Shown: positions 7,275 to 16,678 of the stretch, piece after piece | Layout of the letters: every line of letters begins with the position of its first letter | How positions within the stretch are numbered: position 1 is the first letter of the stretch | Source of the DNA: Rubrivivax sp. | GTDB taxonomy: Bacteria > Pseudomonadota > Gammaproteobacteria > Burkholderiales > Burkholderiaceae_C | NCBI GenBank assembly: GCA_031400795.1 | Contig: JANNQO010000088.1 | Location: 14,460 to 78,459, forward strand | Direction of reading: 5' to 3' | DNA: 64,000 nucleotides | Program-made: the position numbers and the translations under genes | The notes under the pieces: generated by a model | The model's database searches: none | What the model was told of the DNA's origin: nothing | The model's input: only the letters and a program-made list of their open reading frames with translations

Positions 7275-8532
7275 ACGGCCGAAGATCCAGCCCCGGCTCA
7301 CGTCCGGCCAACAAGTCCGCGACGATCTCTGCGGTGGCGGCCGATTGCGTGAGCCCGAGATGCCCGTGCCCGAAGGCGTGGATCACGCGCTTGTCGACGT
7401 GCGACACCCCGATGGCCGGCAGCGAGTCGGGCAGCGAGGGTCGAAAGCCCATCCACTGCGCGCCGCCTTCGGTGCGCAGGCCAGGCAGGAAACGCTTGGC
7501 CTTGGCGAGCAGCGCTTCGGCGCGGCGGTAGTCGGGCGGCGCGTCGAGTCCGGCCAGCTCCACCGCGCCGCCCACGCGCACGCCACCGGCAATCGGCGTG
7601 ATCACGAAGCCGTGGCCCGGAAAAGTGAGCTGCCGCTGCAAGGCAAAGGCGCCCGGCGGCAGCGTGGTGTTGTAGCCGCGTTCGGTTTCCAGCGGGATGA
7701 TGTCGCCGAGCGTGCGCGCCAGCCGGTGCGACCACGCGCCGGCCGCGAGTACCACCCGCTGCGCGCGCAGCACGCTGCCATCGGCCAGCTGCACGTGCAC
7801 CGCATCGGCCGCGGGCCGCAGCGCCGCCGCTTCGGCACGGCGCAGCCGGGCACCCAGCGTGGCGCAGTGCGCGGCGATCTGCTGCACCAGCCGCAGCGGG
7901 TCATCGATGGTGGCCCAGCCGGGCACGAAGGTGGCAGCCACCAGGCCCGCGCTCAGCCCGGGCTGCCAGCGCGCGATGGCCCCGGCACCCTGGGCATGTT
8001 CGAAGGCGATGCCATGGTCGGCGCGCAGTTGCCAGCCGGGCAGCGCAGCGCGCCAAGACGCCTCGCTCTCGTACAGATGCAGATTGCCATCCTCGTGCAG
8101 CATGGACAGCGCGCCGATCGACGCCAGCAGCCGCGGCGTGGCCTGGGCCGACAAGCGGTTGAGTGCGACCTGCGCCAAGGTGCTGGCTGCGACGTGCTCC
8201 GGCCGGCTGGCGCGCCAGAACCGCCACAACCACGGCACGAGTTGCGGCAGGTAGCGTGGCCGCAACGCCAGCGGGCCCAGCGGATCGAGCAGCCAGCGCG
8301 GCACCTGGCGCAGGATGCCCGGCGAGGCCAGCGGCTGAATGTCGGAGAAGGCATAGGCGCCGGCATTGCCGCGGCTCGCGCCCGCCGCGACCGCGTCGCG
8401 CTCCAGCACGCACACGTCGCGGCCTTCCTGCGCCAGGCGCAGCGCGATGGAGAGTCCCACCACGCCGGCGCCGATCACGACAACATCGGCCACCCGCTCC
8501 TGCGCACCGAGCGGCGCCAGAGTTTCCGACAT
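7243..8532 (-). CDS. FAD-dependent oxidoreductase (DadA-like; by context a D-hydroxyproline/D-amino-acid dehydrogenase)
   Basis: 429-aa ORF. DVVVIGAGVVGLSIALRLAQEGRDVCVLE Rossmann motif. DAO-family length. Sits immediately downstream of the hydroxyproline epimerase. Confidence 0.82.
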   Translation of the reverse strand: MSETLAPLGAQERVADVVVIGAGVVGLSIALRLAQEGRDVCVLERDAVAAGASRGNAGAYAFSDIQPLASPGILRQVPRWLLDPLGPLALRPRYLPQLVPWLWRFWRASRPEHVAASTLAQVALNRLSAQATPRLLASIGALSMLHEDGNLHLYESEASWRAALPGWQLRADHGIAFEHAQGAGAIARWQPGLSAGLVAATFVPGWATIDDPLRLVQQIAAHCATLGARLRRAEAAALRPAADAVHVQLADGSVLRAQRVVLAAGAWSHRLARTLGDIIPLETERGYNTTLPPGAFALQRQLTFPGHGFVITPIAGGVRVGGAVELAGLDAPPDYRRAEALLAKAKRFLPGLRTEGGAQWMGFRPSLPDSLPAIGVSHVDKRVIHAFGHGHLGLTQSAATAEIVADLLAGREPGLDLRPFSPGRFAAGG

Positions 8533-8536
8533 CGCC

Positions 8537-9493
8537 TCAGCCCAGCCCCCAGGCGAACGAATCGCGCGGGTCGAACACCACCTGCGCGTCCAGCGTCACA
8601 TGAGCGCGTCCGTGGATGAACGGCAGCACGCTGGCGCTGCCGTCGCTTGCGCTGCGGTAGTGCGCGGCGAAGACGCTGCCGATCACGCTTTCTTGATGCC
8701 AGACCTGGCCCGGCGCCAGTTGACCATCGGCCGCCAGACAGGCCAGCTTGGCGCTGGTGCCGGTGCCGCAGGGCGAGCGGTCGTAAGCGCCGCCCGGGCA
8801 CATCACGAAGCCGCGGCCCTGGTTGCCGGCGGCCTGCGCCGGGCCGAGCAATTCGATGTGGTCGATCTCGGCTGCGTTGGCACCGGTGATGCCGGCCGCT
8901 TTCAACGCCCGGCGCAGCTGTTCTGCCAGTGCCGACAGCTCCACGACGTGCGCCACGTCCAGCGCCAGGCCATGGTCATGACAGAGAAAGAACCAGTTGC
9001 CGCCCCAGGCCACGTCGCCGTGCAGCCAGCCGTGGCCCGGCACCTGCACCGCCAGCTGGCGGGCATGCCGCCAGGCGGGCACGTTGGCCACCGTCACGCC
9101 GCCATCGGCATGCAGTTCGGCGGCCACCGTGCCCACGGCGGTGTCGATGTGGTGCACGCCCGGCGCGATGCGCTGCAGGTGCGCCAGCGTCGCCACCACG
9201 CCGATGGTGCCGTGGCCGCACATGCCCAGATAGCCCACGTTGTTGAAGAAGATCACGCCGCAGTAGCTGCCGGCCTGCTCCGGCTCGAGCAGCAGCGCGC
9301 CGACCAGCACGTCGTTGCCGCGCGGCTCGTTGACCAGTGCGCGGCGCCAGGCATCGTGCTCGCTGCGAAAGCGCGCCAGCCGCTCGGCGATCGTGCCGCG
9401 GCCAAGATCGGGGCCACCGCTGATCACCAGCCGTGTCGGCTCGCCGCCAGTGTGCGAATCGATGAGGCGGGTGGGCGCGGAATTCAGGCTCAT
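8537..9493 (-). CDS. 4-hydroxyproline 2-epimerase (proline racemase family)
   Basis: 318-aa [33 protein letters not shown] and SPCGTGTSA motifs (paired catalytic Cys) of the proline racemase/Hyp epimerase family. Confidence 0.9.
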   Translation of the reverse strand: MSLNSAPTRLIDSHTGGEPTRLVISGGPDLGRGTIAERLARFRSEHDAWRRALVNEPRGNDVLVGALLLEPEQAGSYCGVIFFNNVGYLGMCGHGTIGVVATLAHLQRIAPGVHHIDTAVGTVAAELHADGGVTVANVPAWRHARQLAVQVPGHGWLHGDVAWGGNWFFLCHDHGLALDVAHVVELSALAEQLRRALKAAGITGANAAEIDHIELLGPAQAAGNQGRGFVMCPGGAYDRSPCGTGTSAKLACLAADGQLAPGQVWHQESVIGSVFAAHYRSASDGSASVLPFIHGRAHVTLDAQVVFDPRDSFAWGLG

Positions 9494-10161
9494 GGACGGG
9501 CTCGCTTCGAAGGTTTCAGCAGCCGGTGCAAATCGCGGCGCACGGCCTCGATGTGCGCGACCAGGAATTCGCCTGCCTCGGCCGTGCGGCCTTCACGGCA
9601 AAGCTTGATCAGCTTGCGATGTTCGCGCTGCGCGCGCGCCAGCGCGGCGTCCCGGCTGAGCTGCACACGCGTGTAGCGGTCGCTGGATTGCAGAAGTGCC
9701 GCCACGATGGCCTGCGTACGCGGCAGCGCGGCGTGGCGGTACAGGCTCAGGTGCAGCCGCGCGTTGAGCTCGCCCCAGCGTGCCACGTCGCGCCGTGCAA
9801 TGGCTTCAGCGAAGGCGGCGTCGAAGCCGGCGACTTCTTCGTAGTCGGCAGCTGACAGCCGCGGCGCCGAGCGCGCCAGCAAACGCGGCTCGAGCAGCAC
9901 GCGCAAGTCGAACACGTCGTCGATCTGATCCAGCGCGAAGCCGGCCACCACCGCGCCCTTGTGCGGCTCGATGTGCACCAGGCCTTCGGCTTCGAGCTGG
10001 AACAGCGCCTCGCGCACGGGGATGCGGCTGACCTGGAAGTGCGCGGCCAGCGCGTCCTGACGCAGCTGGCTGCCGGCGGCATGCGTGCCGTCGAGGATGG
10101 CACGGCGCAGCTGCTCGACTATGGCCGCCGAGAGCGTGCGGTGCGGGAGTCGGTCGGACAT
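9490..10161 (-). CDS. GntR-family (FCD domain) transcriptional regulator
   Basis: Part of ORF 9490..10248; start placed at ATG 10161 ([10 protein letters not shown]...). [30 protein letters not shown] is the GntR wHTH. ATGA overlap with the epimerase start. Confidence 0.85.
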   Translation of the reverse strand: MSDRLPHRTLSAAIVEQLRRAILDGTHAAGSQLRQDALAAHFQVSRIPVREALFQLEAEGLVHIEPHKGAVVAGFALDQIDDVFDLRVLLEPRLLARSAPRLSAADYEEVAGFDAAFAEAIARRDVARWGELNARLHLSLYRHAALPRTQAIVAALLQSSDRYTRVQLSRDAALARAQREHRKLIKLCREGRTAEAGEFLVAHIEAVRRDLHRLLKPSKRARP

Positions 10162-10238
10162 GGGTCTTCGGGAAAGCGAGCGTAATGTTGAATGTCGATT
10201 GTATAAAATGTACGGCAGATCATGAAAGGGAAAGCACC

Positions 10239-11162
10239 ATGAGCGCACGCATCGCCTGGCAGGGGGTCTTCCCTGCCGTCACCACGCAGTTCCGCGAAGA
10301 CTTCTCGCTCGACGTGGCGGCCACGGAACGAGTGATCCAGGGCCTGGTCGCCGACGGCGTCTCGGGCCTCGTGATCTGCGGCACGGTCGGCGAGAACACC
10401 GGCCTGGCGCGCAGCGAGAAGATTCAAATCATCGAAGCCGCGCGTTCGGCGGCACGCGGGCGAGTGCCGGTGATCTGCGGCGTGGCCGAGTTCACCACCG
10501 CCTTCGCGATCGAGACCGCACGCGTCGCCGCGGCAGCCAAAGTCGACGGACTGATGGTCATGCCACCGCTGGGCTACTCGGCCAAGCCGCACGAAGCGGC
10601 GGCGCACTTCCGCGCCGTGGCGCGCGCCACCGATCTGCCGGTGATGGTCTACAACAACCCGCCGATCTACAAGAACGACATCACGCCCGACATCCTGGCC
10701 AGCCTTGCCGACATCGACACCATCGTCTGCTTCAAAGACAGCTCGGGCGACACGCGCCGCTTCATCGACACGCGCAAGCGCGTCGGCGACCGCTTCGTGC
10801 TGTTCGCGGGCCTCGATGATGTGGTGGTGGAAAGCGTGGCGATGGGCGCGGTGGGCTGGGTGTCGGGCATGAGCAATGCGTTCCCGCGCGAGGGCGAGAC
10901 ACTCTTCCGGCTGGCCCGCGCCGGGCGGCTCGCCGAGCTGATGCCGCTGTACGAGTGGTTCATGCCGCTGCTGCACCTGGACGCGCGGCCGGATCTCGTG
11001 CAGTGCATCAAGTGGTGCGAGCACCGCATGGCGCGCGGCACCTGGCGCACCCGCCCGCCGCGGCTGGCCTTGCAGGGCGAAGACCTGGCGTTTGTGCAGC
11101 AGGTGATGGACGAGGCGCTGGCGCACCGCCCTGCCCTGCCCGAGGTGGGCCTGCCGCGCTGA
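10239..11162 (+). CDS. Dihydrodipicolinate-synthase-family lyase (by context pyrroline-4-hydroxy-2-carboxylate deaminase)
   Basis: Part of ORF 10185..11162 from ATG 10239. GVFPAVTTQF, GLVICGTVGE, FKDSSGD (Schiff-base Lys context) are typical of the DapA/HBPHA family. Divergent from the GntR-epimerase-dehydrogenase operon. Confidence 0.85.
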   Translation: MSARIAWQGVFPAVTTQFREDFSLDVAATERVIQGLVADGVSGLVICGTVGENTGLARSEKIQIIEAARSAARGRVPVICGVAEFTTAFAIETARVAAAAKVDGLMVMPPLGYSAKPHEAAAHFRAVARATDLPVMVYNNPPIYKNDITPDILASLADIDTIVCFKDSSGDTRRFIDTRKRVGDRFVLFAGLDDVVVESVAMGAVGWVSGMSNAFPREGETLFRLARAGRLAELMPLYEWFMPLLHLDARPDLVQCIKWCEHRMARGTWRTRPPRLALQGEDLAFVQQVMDEALAHRPALPEVGLPR

Positions 11163-11247
11163 CCGGCCGCAGCGCATCGGCGTCATGAACCAGGGCCGGC
11201 CGGAGCAGGTGGGCACGCCGGCGCAGATCTACCGCGAGCCAAGCGCG
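11161..11247 (+). pseudogene. Relic of an ABC-transporter ATPase (about 29 codons of the region after the H-loop)
   Basis: Translation DRPQRIGVMNQGRPEQVGTPAQIYREPSA matches the conserved ..DRI.VM..GRI.Q.GTP.EIY..P.. block of ABC ATPases. No Walker A/B or signature motif upstream. The frame then decays into Arg/Gly-rich sequence. Confidence 0.45.
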
Positions 11248-11316
11248 CTGACTTCATCAAGCTCTGGCAGGCGCTGGTGGCGGCGGCGGGGAACTGAGAG
11301 CGGCCGAGGAACGCGC

Positions 11317-11625
11317 CTACTCGGGTGTCGACGGGTCGTCGTCAGCCCCGCCATCGGCCAAGGCCTGCCGCGCCAGTTCTTCTTCGCTCAGCTTGGGAGC
11401 GGCTTGCAGCGCGGCGAGTTCTTCCAGCATGGCCGGCGAGGCTTCAGCGTTGCCGAGCAGCACGTCCTCGAAAGACGGGTGGGCGGCCTTGCGCTCCTCG
11501 TGGTCCGCGGGCGAGGGATGCACCGCAGTGGGCGCGAGCGCCGGCAGTCTGGACGCCGCGAGCTCGAGTTGCTCGTCGATCAGCTTGCTGATGTCGCCGG
11601 CGTGCGGCGTGTCGTTGGCAGTCAT
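11317..11625 (-). CDS. Hypothetical acidic protein (102 aa)
   Basis: ORF with a strong AGGAG 7 nt upstream of the ATG and GC3-rich codons. No recognisable domain. Confidence 0.55.
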   Translation of the reverse strand: MTANDTPHAGDISKLIDEQLELAASRLPALAPTAVHPSPADHEERKAAHPSFEDVLLGNAEASPAMLEELAALQAAPKLSEEELARQALADGGADDDPSTPE

Positions 11626-11722
11626 GGAAAGTCTCCTTTCGAGGCCTATGTTCTACCTATCGCTGCCATCGCGCCAGCCCTGACCACTGATCTGAATGGG
11701 GGTTGAGTCCAGCAGCACCTGA

Positions 11723-12217
11723 TCAGGCCGCACGGAACAGGGACTCCGGCCCAGCGATGGTTTCGCCCATCCTCGCGCGAAACAAGGCCTCATCGGTGGC
11801 GCGCAGGCGCCTGCACACCTCGCGACCGATGTTCATCTGAATCAACGCGAACTGTTCGACATCGCGTTCGAACAGGTGCAGCAGGTCGTCGGCGCTGATC
11901 TCGATCGCCTGGCAGTCTTCGTCGGCGCGGACCGAAGCGCTGCGCGGATGCAGATCCATCAGCGCCATCTCGCCGAAGCAGTCGCCGACGACCAGGCGGT
12001 GCAGCACGAGGTCATGGCCCTGCCAGCTCTTGATCACCGCCACTCGGCCGGCTTCGAGCACGAACATCGAATTGGCCGGGTCGGTCTCGCGGAAAAAGTG
12101 GTCACCGGCCCGAACAGCGACGGCACGGGCACGTGCCAGCAGCAGCACCAGGGAGTCTTCGCGGATCGCGCCGAAGACCGGCATTTGCTGAAGAAGTTCG
12201 ATTCGTTTCGGCTGCAT
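11723..12217 (-). CDS. Cyclic-nucleotide-binding-domain-only protein (164 aa)
   Basis: C-terminal part of ORF 11723..12991 from ATG 12217. FFRETDPANSMFVLEAGRVAV...VVGDCFGEMALMDLHPRSASVRA is the cNMP-binding beta-barrel with phosphate-binding cassette. The upstream 258 codons of the ORF are antisense to the phosphatase gene and were rejected. Confidence 0.8.
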   Translation of the reverse strand: MQPKRIELLQQMPVFGAIREDSLVLLLARARAVAVRAGDHFFRETDPANSMFVLEAGRVAVIKSWQGHDLVLHRLVVGDCFGEMALMDLHPRSASVRADEDCQAIEISADDLLHLFERDVEQFALIQMNIGREVCRRLRATDEALFRARMGETIAGPESLFRAA

Positions 12218-12367
12218 GGTGCCCGCACACGTTGCCCGTGGTCTCGCTGTCCCGCCAGGGGTCAAGCTCCTGACCGGATTGCACCACTTTCCTGTTTCCC
12301 GGTGCCGAACCTGTGACCCCCTTGTTCCTGGACCAGGCCCGCATCCGCAGCCCCGCACAATCCCGGC

Positions 12368-13117
12368 ATGCAGACGAACGAGCGCGTGCTGCGCCTTCAG
12401 GGCGCTTCCAACTTCCGGGATCTCGGCGGCTACCACGGGCACGGCGGCCGGCCGCTGCGCTGGCGGCGGCTGTTCCGCTCCGACCACCTGGGCGGGCTCA
12501 CCGAGCCCGACCGCGCCGCGCTGGTGGCGCTGGGCGTGAAGCGCACGTTCGACTTCCGCGGCACCCAGGAGCGCGCTGCCGAGCCTTACGCGCTGCCCGG
12601 CGTGGCGCAGCACGCGCTCAGCATCGAGCCCACGGTGGTGCAGCGCATGGCCGAGATCGCCTGCGCCGGTGCCGCGCTCACCGCCGAGCGCGCGGCCGAG
12701 CTGATGTGCGAGCTGTACCAGCGCCTGGCCGTCGACCAGGCGCATCGCTTCGCCGAGTGGTTCGCCCATCTGCTGGACGACGACGCGCCGCTGGTCTTCC
12801 ACTGCACGGCCGGCAAAGACCGTACCGGCGTCGCGGCTGCACTGTTGCTCATCGCGCTCGGCGTGCCGCGGGACGTGGTGGAGCGTGACTACCTGCTCAG
12901 CAACGATTGCTACCGGCCGCACACACCGCGCGGCGAGCTGCCCGGCGACGTGCTGAACGTGTTGTGGACCGTCCGTGCAAGCTTCCTGCACACCGCGCTG
13001 GCCGCGATCGACGGCGCCGCCGGCGGCATGCAGGCCTACCTGACGCAGCGGCTGCGCCTGTCCCCCGCCGCGCGGCAGCGGCTCGCCGAGCTGTATCTGG
13101 AGCCGGCGCCCCGCTGA
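12368..13117 (+). CDS. Protein-tyrosine phosphatase (Y_phosphatase3-like)
   Basis: 249-aa ORF. NFRDLGG near the N-terminus and the catalytic P-loop HCTAGKDRTG. Confidence 0.85.
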   Translation: MQTNERVLRLQGASNFRDLGGYHGHGGRPLRWRRLFRSDHLGGLTEPDRAALVALGVKRTFDFRGTQERAAEPYALPGVAQHALSIEPTVVQRMAEIACAGAALTAERAAELMCELYQRLAVDQAHRFAEWFAHLLDDDAPLVFHCTAGKDRTGVAAALLLIALGVPRDVVERDYLLSNDCYRPHTPRGELPGDVLNVLWTVRASFLHTALAAIDGAAGGMQAYLTQRLRLSPAARQRLAELYLEPAPR

Positions 13118-13322
13118 CGCATCACGCTCGGGCCTTGAACGTACTCGGGATGAAGCTGTTCGACCTCATCGTCGTGGCTGGTTCCGCTGGAAGGCAAGCG
13201 CACGGAGATCAAGCCCGAGCGAGATTGATCCTCGCCAAGGCCGCCTCGGCGAGTGGCCTGCGCGTCACGCGCGGCGTTCGCGCCGATACTCGCAGCCTCA
13301 TTCACCACGCCAGGCCGCCCGC

Positions 13323-14702
13323 ATGACCAGCGAATCCTTCGACGCCATCGTGGTCGGCGCCGGCCAGGCCGGGCCCGCCATCGCAGCACGCTGCAGCAAG
13401 GAAGGGCTGCGCACCGCGGTCATCGAGCGTGGGCACTTCGGCGGCACCTGCGTCAACGTCGGTTGCGTGCCGACCAAGACGCTGGTGGCCAGCGCACGCG
13501 CCATCCACCTGGCGCGGCGCGGCGCCGAGTTCGGCTTCGATGCCGGCAACGTGCGCGCCGACATGGCGCGCATCAAGGCACGCAAGGACGGCATCGTCGT
13601 CCACTCGCGCGGCGGGCTCGAGGCCTGGATGCGCGGCCTCGCGCACACCGAGGTGATCGTCGGCGACGCGCACTTCGTGGCGCCGGCCACGCTGCAAGTC
13701 GCCGGGCGCCAACTGACCGCGCCGCACATCTTCCTGAACGTGGGCGGGCGCTCGGTGCGGCCCGACCTGCCCGGCATCGACACCGTGCGCACGCTCGACA
13801 ACGTGTCGATCATGGAACTCGACCGCGTGCCCGAGCACCTGGTCATCGTCGGCGGCAGCTACATCGGCCTGGAGTTCGCGCAGATGATGCGCCGCTTCGG
13901 CGCCGAGGTGACGGTGGTCGAGCGCTCGGCGCGCCTGCTGCCGCGCGAGGACGAAGATGTCTCCGACGGCATCCGCGCGATCCTGGAGAGCGAAGGCGTG
14001 CGCTTCGCGCTGGCCTCCGAATGCATCGCGCTCTCACCCGATGGCGAGCGCATCGTCATCGGCGCGGCCTGCGCTGCCGATCAGCCACCGATCGTCGGCA
14101 GCCACGTGCTGCTGGCTGTGGGCCGGCGGCCGAACACCGACGGGCTCGGCCTGCAGGCCGCCGGCATCGAGACCGACGCACGCGGCTTCATCATCGTCGA
14201 CGACCAGTGCCGCAGCAGCGCCGCAGGAGTTTGGGCGGTGGGCGACTGCAACGGCCGCGGTGCTTTCACGCACACCTCGTGGAACGACCACGAGATCGTC
14301 GTTGCCAACCTGTTCGACAACGACCCCCGCCGCGTCACCGATCGCATCGCCTGCTACGCGCTCTTCATCGACCCGGCACTGGGCCGCATCGGCATGACCG
14401 AAACCGAAGCGCGCGCCAGCGGGCGCAAGCTGCTGCGTGCCAAGATGCCGATGCAGCGCGTGGGGCGGGCCCGCGAGGCCGGCGAAACGCAGGGCTTCAT
14501 GAAGGTGCTGGTCGACGCCGATACACAGCACCTGCTCGGTGCCGCGATCCTCGGACTGAACGGCGATGAAGTCGTGCACTCGCTGCTCGACGTGATGGCC
14601 GCCGGGCAGCCCTACACGGTCATCTCGCGCGCCGTGCACATCCACCCGACGGTGACGGAGCTGGTGCCGACGCTGTTGCAGCAGTTGCGGCCGGTGGCGT
14701 GA
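13323..14702 (+). CDS. Class-I pyridine nucleotide-disulfide oxidoreductase (flavoprotein disulfide reductase family)
   Basis: 459-aa ORF. FDAIVVGAGQAGP, redox-active GGTCVNVGCVPTK, and the C-terminal HIHPT dimer-interface motif. Confidence 0.88.
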   Translation: MTSESFDAIVVGAGQAGPAIAARCSKEGLRTAVIERGHFGGTCVNVGCVPTKTLVASARAIHLARRGAEFGFDAGNVRADMARIKARKDGIVVHSRGGLEAWMRGLAHTEVIVGDAHFVAPATLQVAGRQLTAPHIFLNVGGRSVRPDLPGIDTVRTLDNVSIMELDRVPEHLVIVGGSYIGLEFAQMMRRFGAEVTVVERSARLLPREDEDVSDGIRAILESEGVRFALASECIALSPDGERIVIGAACAADQPPIVGSHVLLAVGRRPNTDGLGLQAAGIETDARGFIIVDDQCRSSAAGVWAVGDCNGRGAFTHTSWNDHEIVVANLFDNDPRRVTDRIACYALFIDPALGRIGMTETEARASGRKLLRAKMPMQRVGRAREAGETQGFMKVLVDADTQHLLGAAILGLNGDEVVHSLLDVMAAGQPYTVISRAVHIHPTVTELVPTLLQQLRPVA

Positions 14703-14760
14703 AGGGGGATGTTCGCGCCGGCGGCAGCTGCGGCGCGTGCCGGGCTGTGACACTCCAGGC

Positions 14761-16596
14761 ATGACGAAGAAACTGCTGAAAACCCTGGCCGCACTGCTCG
14801 CCGCGGGCGTGCTCGCTGCCGCGGTGTTCGCGATCAACCTGGTCTGGTTCCGCCCTTTCAGCCTGAACCTCTTCTACGAGAAGATCTTCATCGTCTTCAT
14901 GCTCGACAACCCCGAGCTGCTGACGCAGATCGGCATCGCCGAGCAGTTCGGCTACCGCCGCCACAACGCCCACTTGAGCGACGTGTCGATCGCCAAGACC
15001 GAGCGCGACTTCGCGCAGTGGCGCGGCTTCCTGAACGACCTGAAGGGCTACGACCCCGACGCACAGACGCCGGCGCAACAGCTGTCCACGCGTGTGCTGA
15101 CCTGGTTCATCGCCAACGTGCTCGACGGCGAGCGCTTCCAGTTCCACGACTACCCGGTCAGCCAGCACTTCGGCATGCAGAGCCAGACCGCGGACTTTCT
15201 GATTCAGCAGCACCCCATTGCCGACCGGCGCGGCGCCGAGGACTACCTGGCGCGGATGGGCGAGTTCGGCCGCAAGTTCGATCAGCTGCTGGAAGGCCTG
15301 GCCGCGCGCGAGCAGCGCGGCGTGCTGCCGCCGCGCTTCGTGGTCGAACGCGTGCTCACCGAGATGCGCGGCTACGTGGCCTTGGCGCCGAAAGAACATC
15401 CGCTGTGCACCAATTTCGCCGCCAAGGTCGGCACGCTGGCCGATGTGCCGGCGCCCGAGCAGCAGGCGCTGCAGGCGCGCTGCGTGCCGATGCTGCAAGC
15501 GCAGGTGCTGCCGGCCTACCAGCGTCTGATCGCCTTCTTCGAAGCGCAGCTGCCGCGCACCACCACCGACGATGGCGTGTGGAAACTGCCCGACGGCGAC
15601 GCCTACTACGCCTGGCGGCTGCGCAGCGAAACCAGTACCCGCCTCACGCCGCAGCAGGTGCACGAACTGGGCTTGGCCGAAGTGGCGCGCATCGAGGCCG
15701 AGATGGCCGCCATCCTGCGCGCGCAAGGCGAACTGCGCGAAGGCGAAACCGCGGCGCAAGCGATGTCGCGCTTGAGTCTGGATGCACGCTTCCTCTACCC
15801 GAACGACGACGCCGGCCGCGAGGCCGCGCTGGCCGACTACCGCAAGATGGTCGACGAACAGTTGCAGCGCTCGCGCGCCGTGATCGGACTCGTGCCGAAG
15901 GCGCGCATGGAGGTGAAGCGCATCCCGCTCGCCACCGAGGCCACCGGGCCAGGCGCTTACTACCAGAGCCCGGCGCTGGACGGCAGCCGGCCCGGCGTGT
16001 TCTTCGCCAACCTGCGCGACATGGCCGAAGTGCCCAAGTTCGGCATGCGCACACTGGCCGTGCACGAAGGCGTGCCGGGCCACCACTTCCAGATCGCGCT
16101 GGCCCAGGAACAGCCCGGCGGCCCGACCTTTCGGCGTGTGCTGCCCTTCACGGCCTACATGGAAGGCTGGGCGCTGTACGCGGAATGGCTAGCGCTGGAG
16201 ATGGGGCTGTACGAAGGCGACCCGTTCGGCGACCTGGGCCGGCTGCGCGACGAGATGCTGCGCGCCGTACGCCTGGTGGTCGACACCGGCCTGCACTACA
16301 AACGCTGGACGCGCGAGCAGGCCATCGCCACCATGCTGGCCAAGCTCGGCGGGCCCGAAGCCGGCGTGATCTCGGAGGTCGAGCGCTACATCGTCGACCC
16401 CGGCCAGGCTTGTGCCTACAAACTGGGCATGCTCGCCATCCGCGCGGCGCGCCAACGCGCGCAGCAGGCCCTGGGCGCGCGCTTCGATGCGCAGGCGCTG
16501 AAGGACTTCCACGACGTGGTGCTGGGCAGCGGCGCGCTGCCGCTGGAGGTGCTGGACGAGCAGGTCGACCACTGGATCGAGGCGCGCACGAAGTAG
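14761..16596 (+). CDS. DUF885-family protein (membrane-anchored or secreted)
   Basis: Part of ORF 14737..16596 from ATG 14761. N-terminal hydrophobic anchor. HEGVPGHHFQIALAQE and YIVDPGQACAYKLG blocks typical of DUF885. Confidence 0.82.
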   Translation: MTKKLLKTLAALLAAGVLAAAVFAINLVWFRPFSLNLFYEKIFIVFMLDNPELLTQIGIAEQFGYRRHNAHLSDVSIAKTERDFAQWRGFLNDLKGYDPDAQTPAQQLSTRVLTWFIANVLDGERFQFHDYPVSQHFGMQSQTADFLIQQHPIADRRGAEDYLARMGEFGRKFDQLLEGLAAREQRGVLPPRFVVERVLTEMRGYVALAPKEHPLCTNFAAKVGTLADVPAPEQQALQARCVPMLQAQVLPAYQRLIAFFEAQLPRTTTDDGVWKLPDGDAYYAWRLRSETSTRLTPQQVHELGLAEVARIEAEMAAILRAQGELREGETAAQAMSRLSLDARFLYPNDDAGREAALADYRKMVDEQLQRSRAVIGLVPKARMEVKRIPLATEATGPGAYYQSPALDGSRPGVFFANLRDMAEVPKFGMRTLAVHEGVPGHHFQIALAQEQPGGPTFRRVLPFTAYMEGWALYAEWLALEMGLYEGDPFGDLGRLRDEMLRAVRLVVDTGLHYKRWTREQAIATMLAKLGGPEAGVISEVERYIVDPGQACAYKLGMLAIRAARQRAQQALGARFDAQALKDFHDVVLGSGALPLEVLDEQVDHWIEARTK

Positions 16597-16609
16597 CCTG
16601 GTGCGCTGC

Positions 16610-16632
16610 CCGGTGCTGATCGTCTGCACCGG
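16610..16632. terminator. Hairpin between convergent genes (possible bidirectional terminator, no T-tract)
   Basis: CCGGTGC (16610-16616) pairs with GCACCGG (16626-16632), 9-nt loop. Lies in the 82-bp gap between the DUF885 stop and the haloperoxidase-like stop. Confidence 0.3.
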
Positions 16633-16678
16633 CAACTCGGCCCGTTCCAGCCGTTGCCGGGCGGTTGGCAGGCCTTCG

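Noticed and set aside
11248-11706. Remainder of the listed ORF 11185-11706 (173 aa).
   Set aside because: After the ~21-aa ABC-like stretch the translation is Arg/Gly/Trp-rich nonsense. It is also antisense to the better-supported acidic ORF 11317-11625, which has a strong Shine-Dalgarno sequence.
13150-13326. Small ORF beginning MKLFDLIVVAGSAG, resembling a flavoprotein N-terminus, just upstream of the disulfide reductase.
   Set aside because: Similarity is limited to about 14 residues with a broken GxGxxG. The rest is low-complexity and it overlaps the real start at 13323. At most it is a decayed relic, not a gene.
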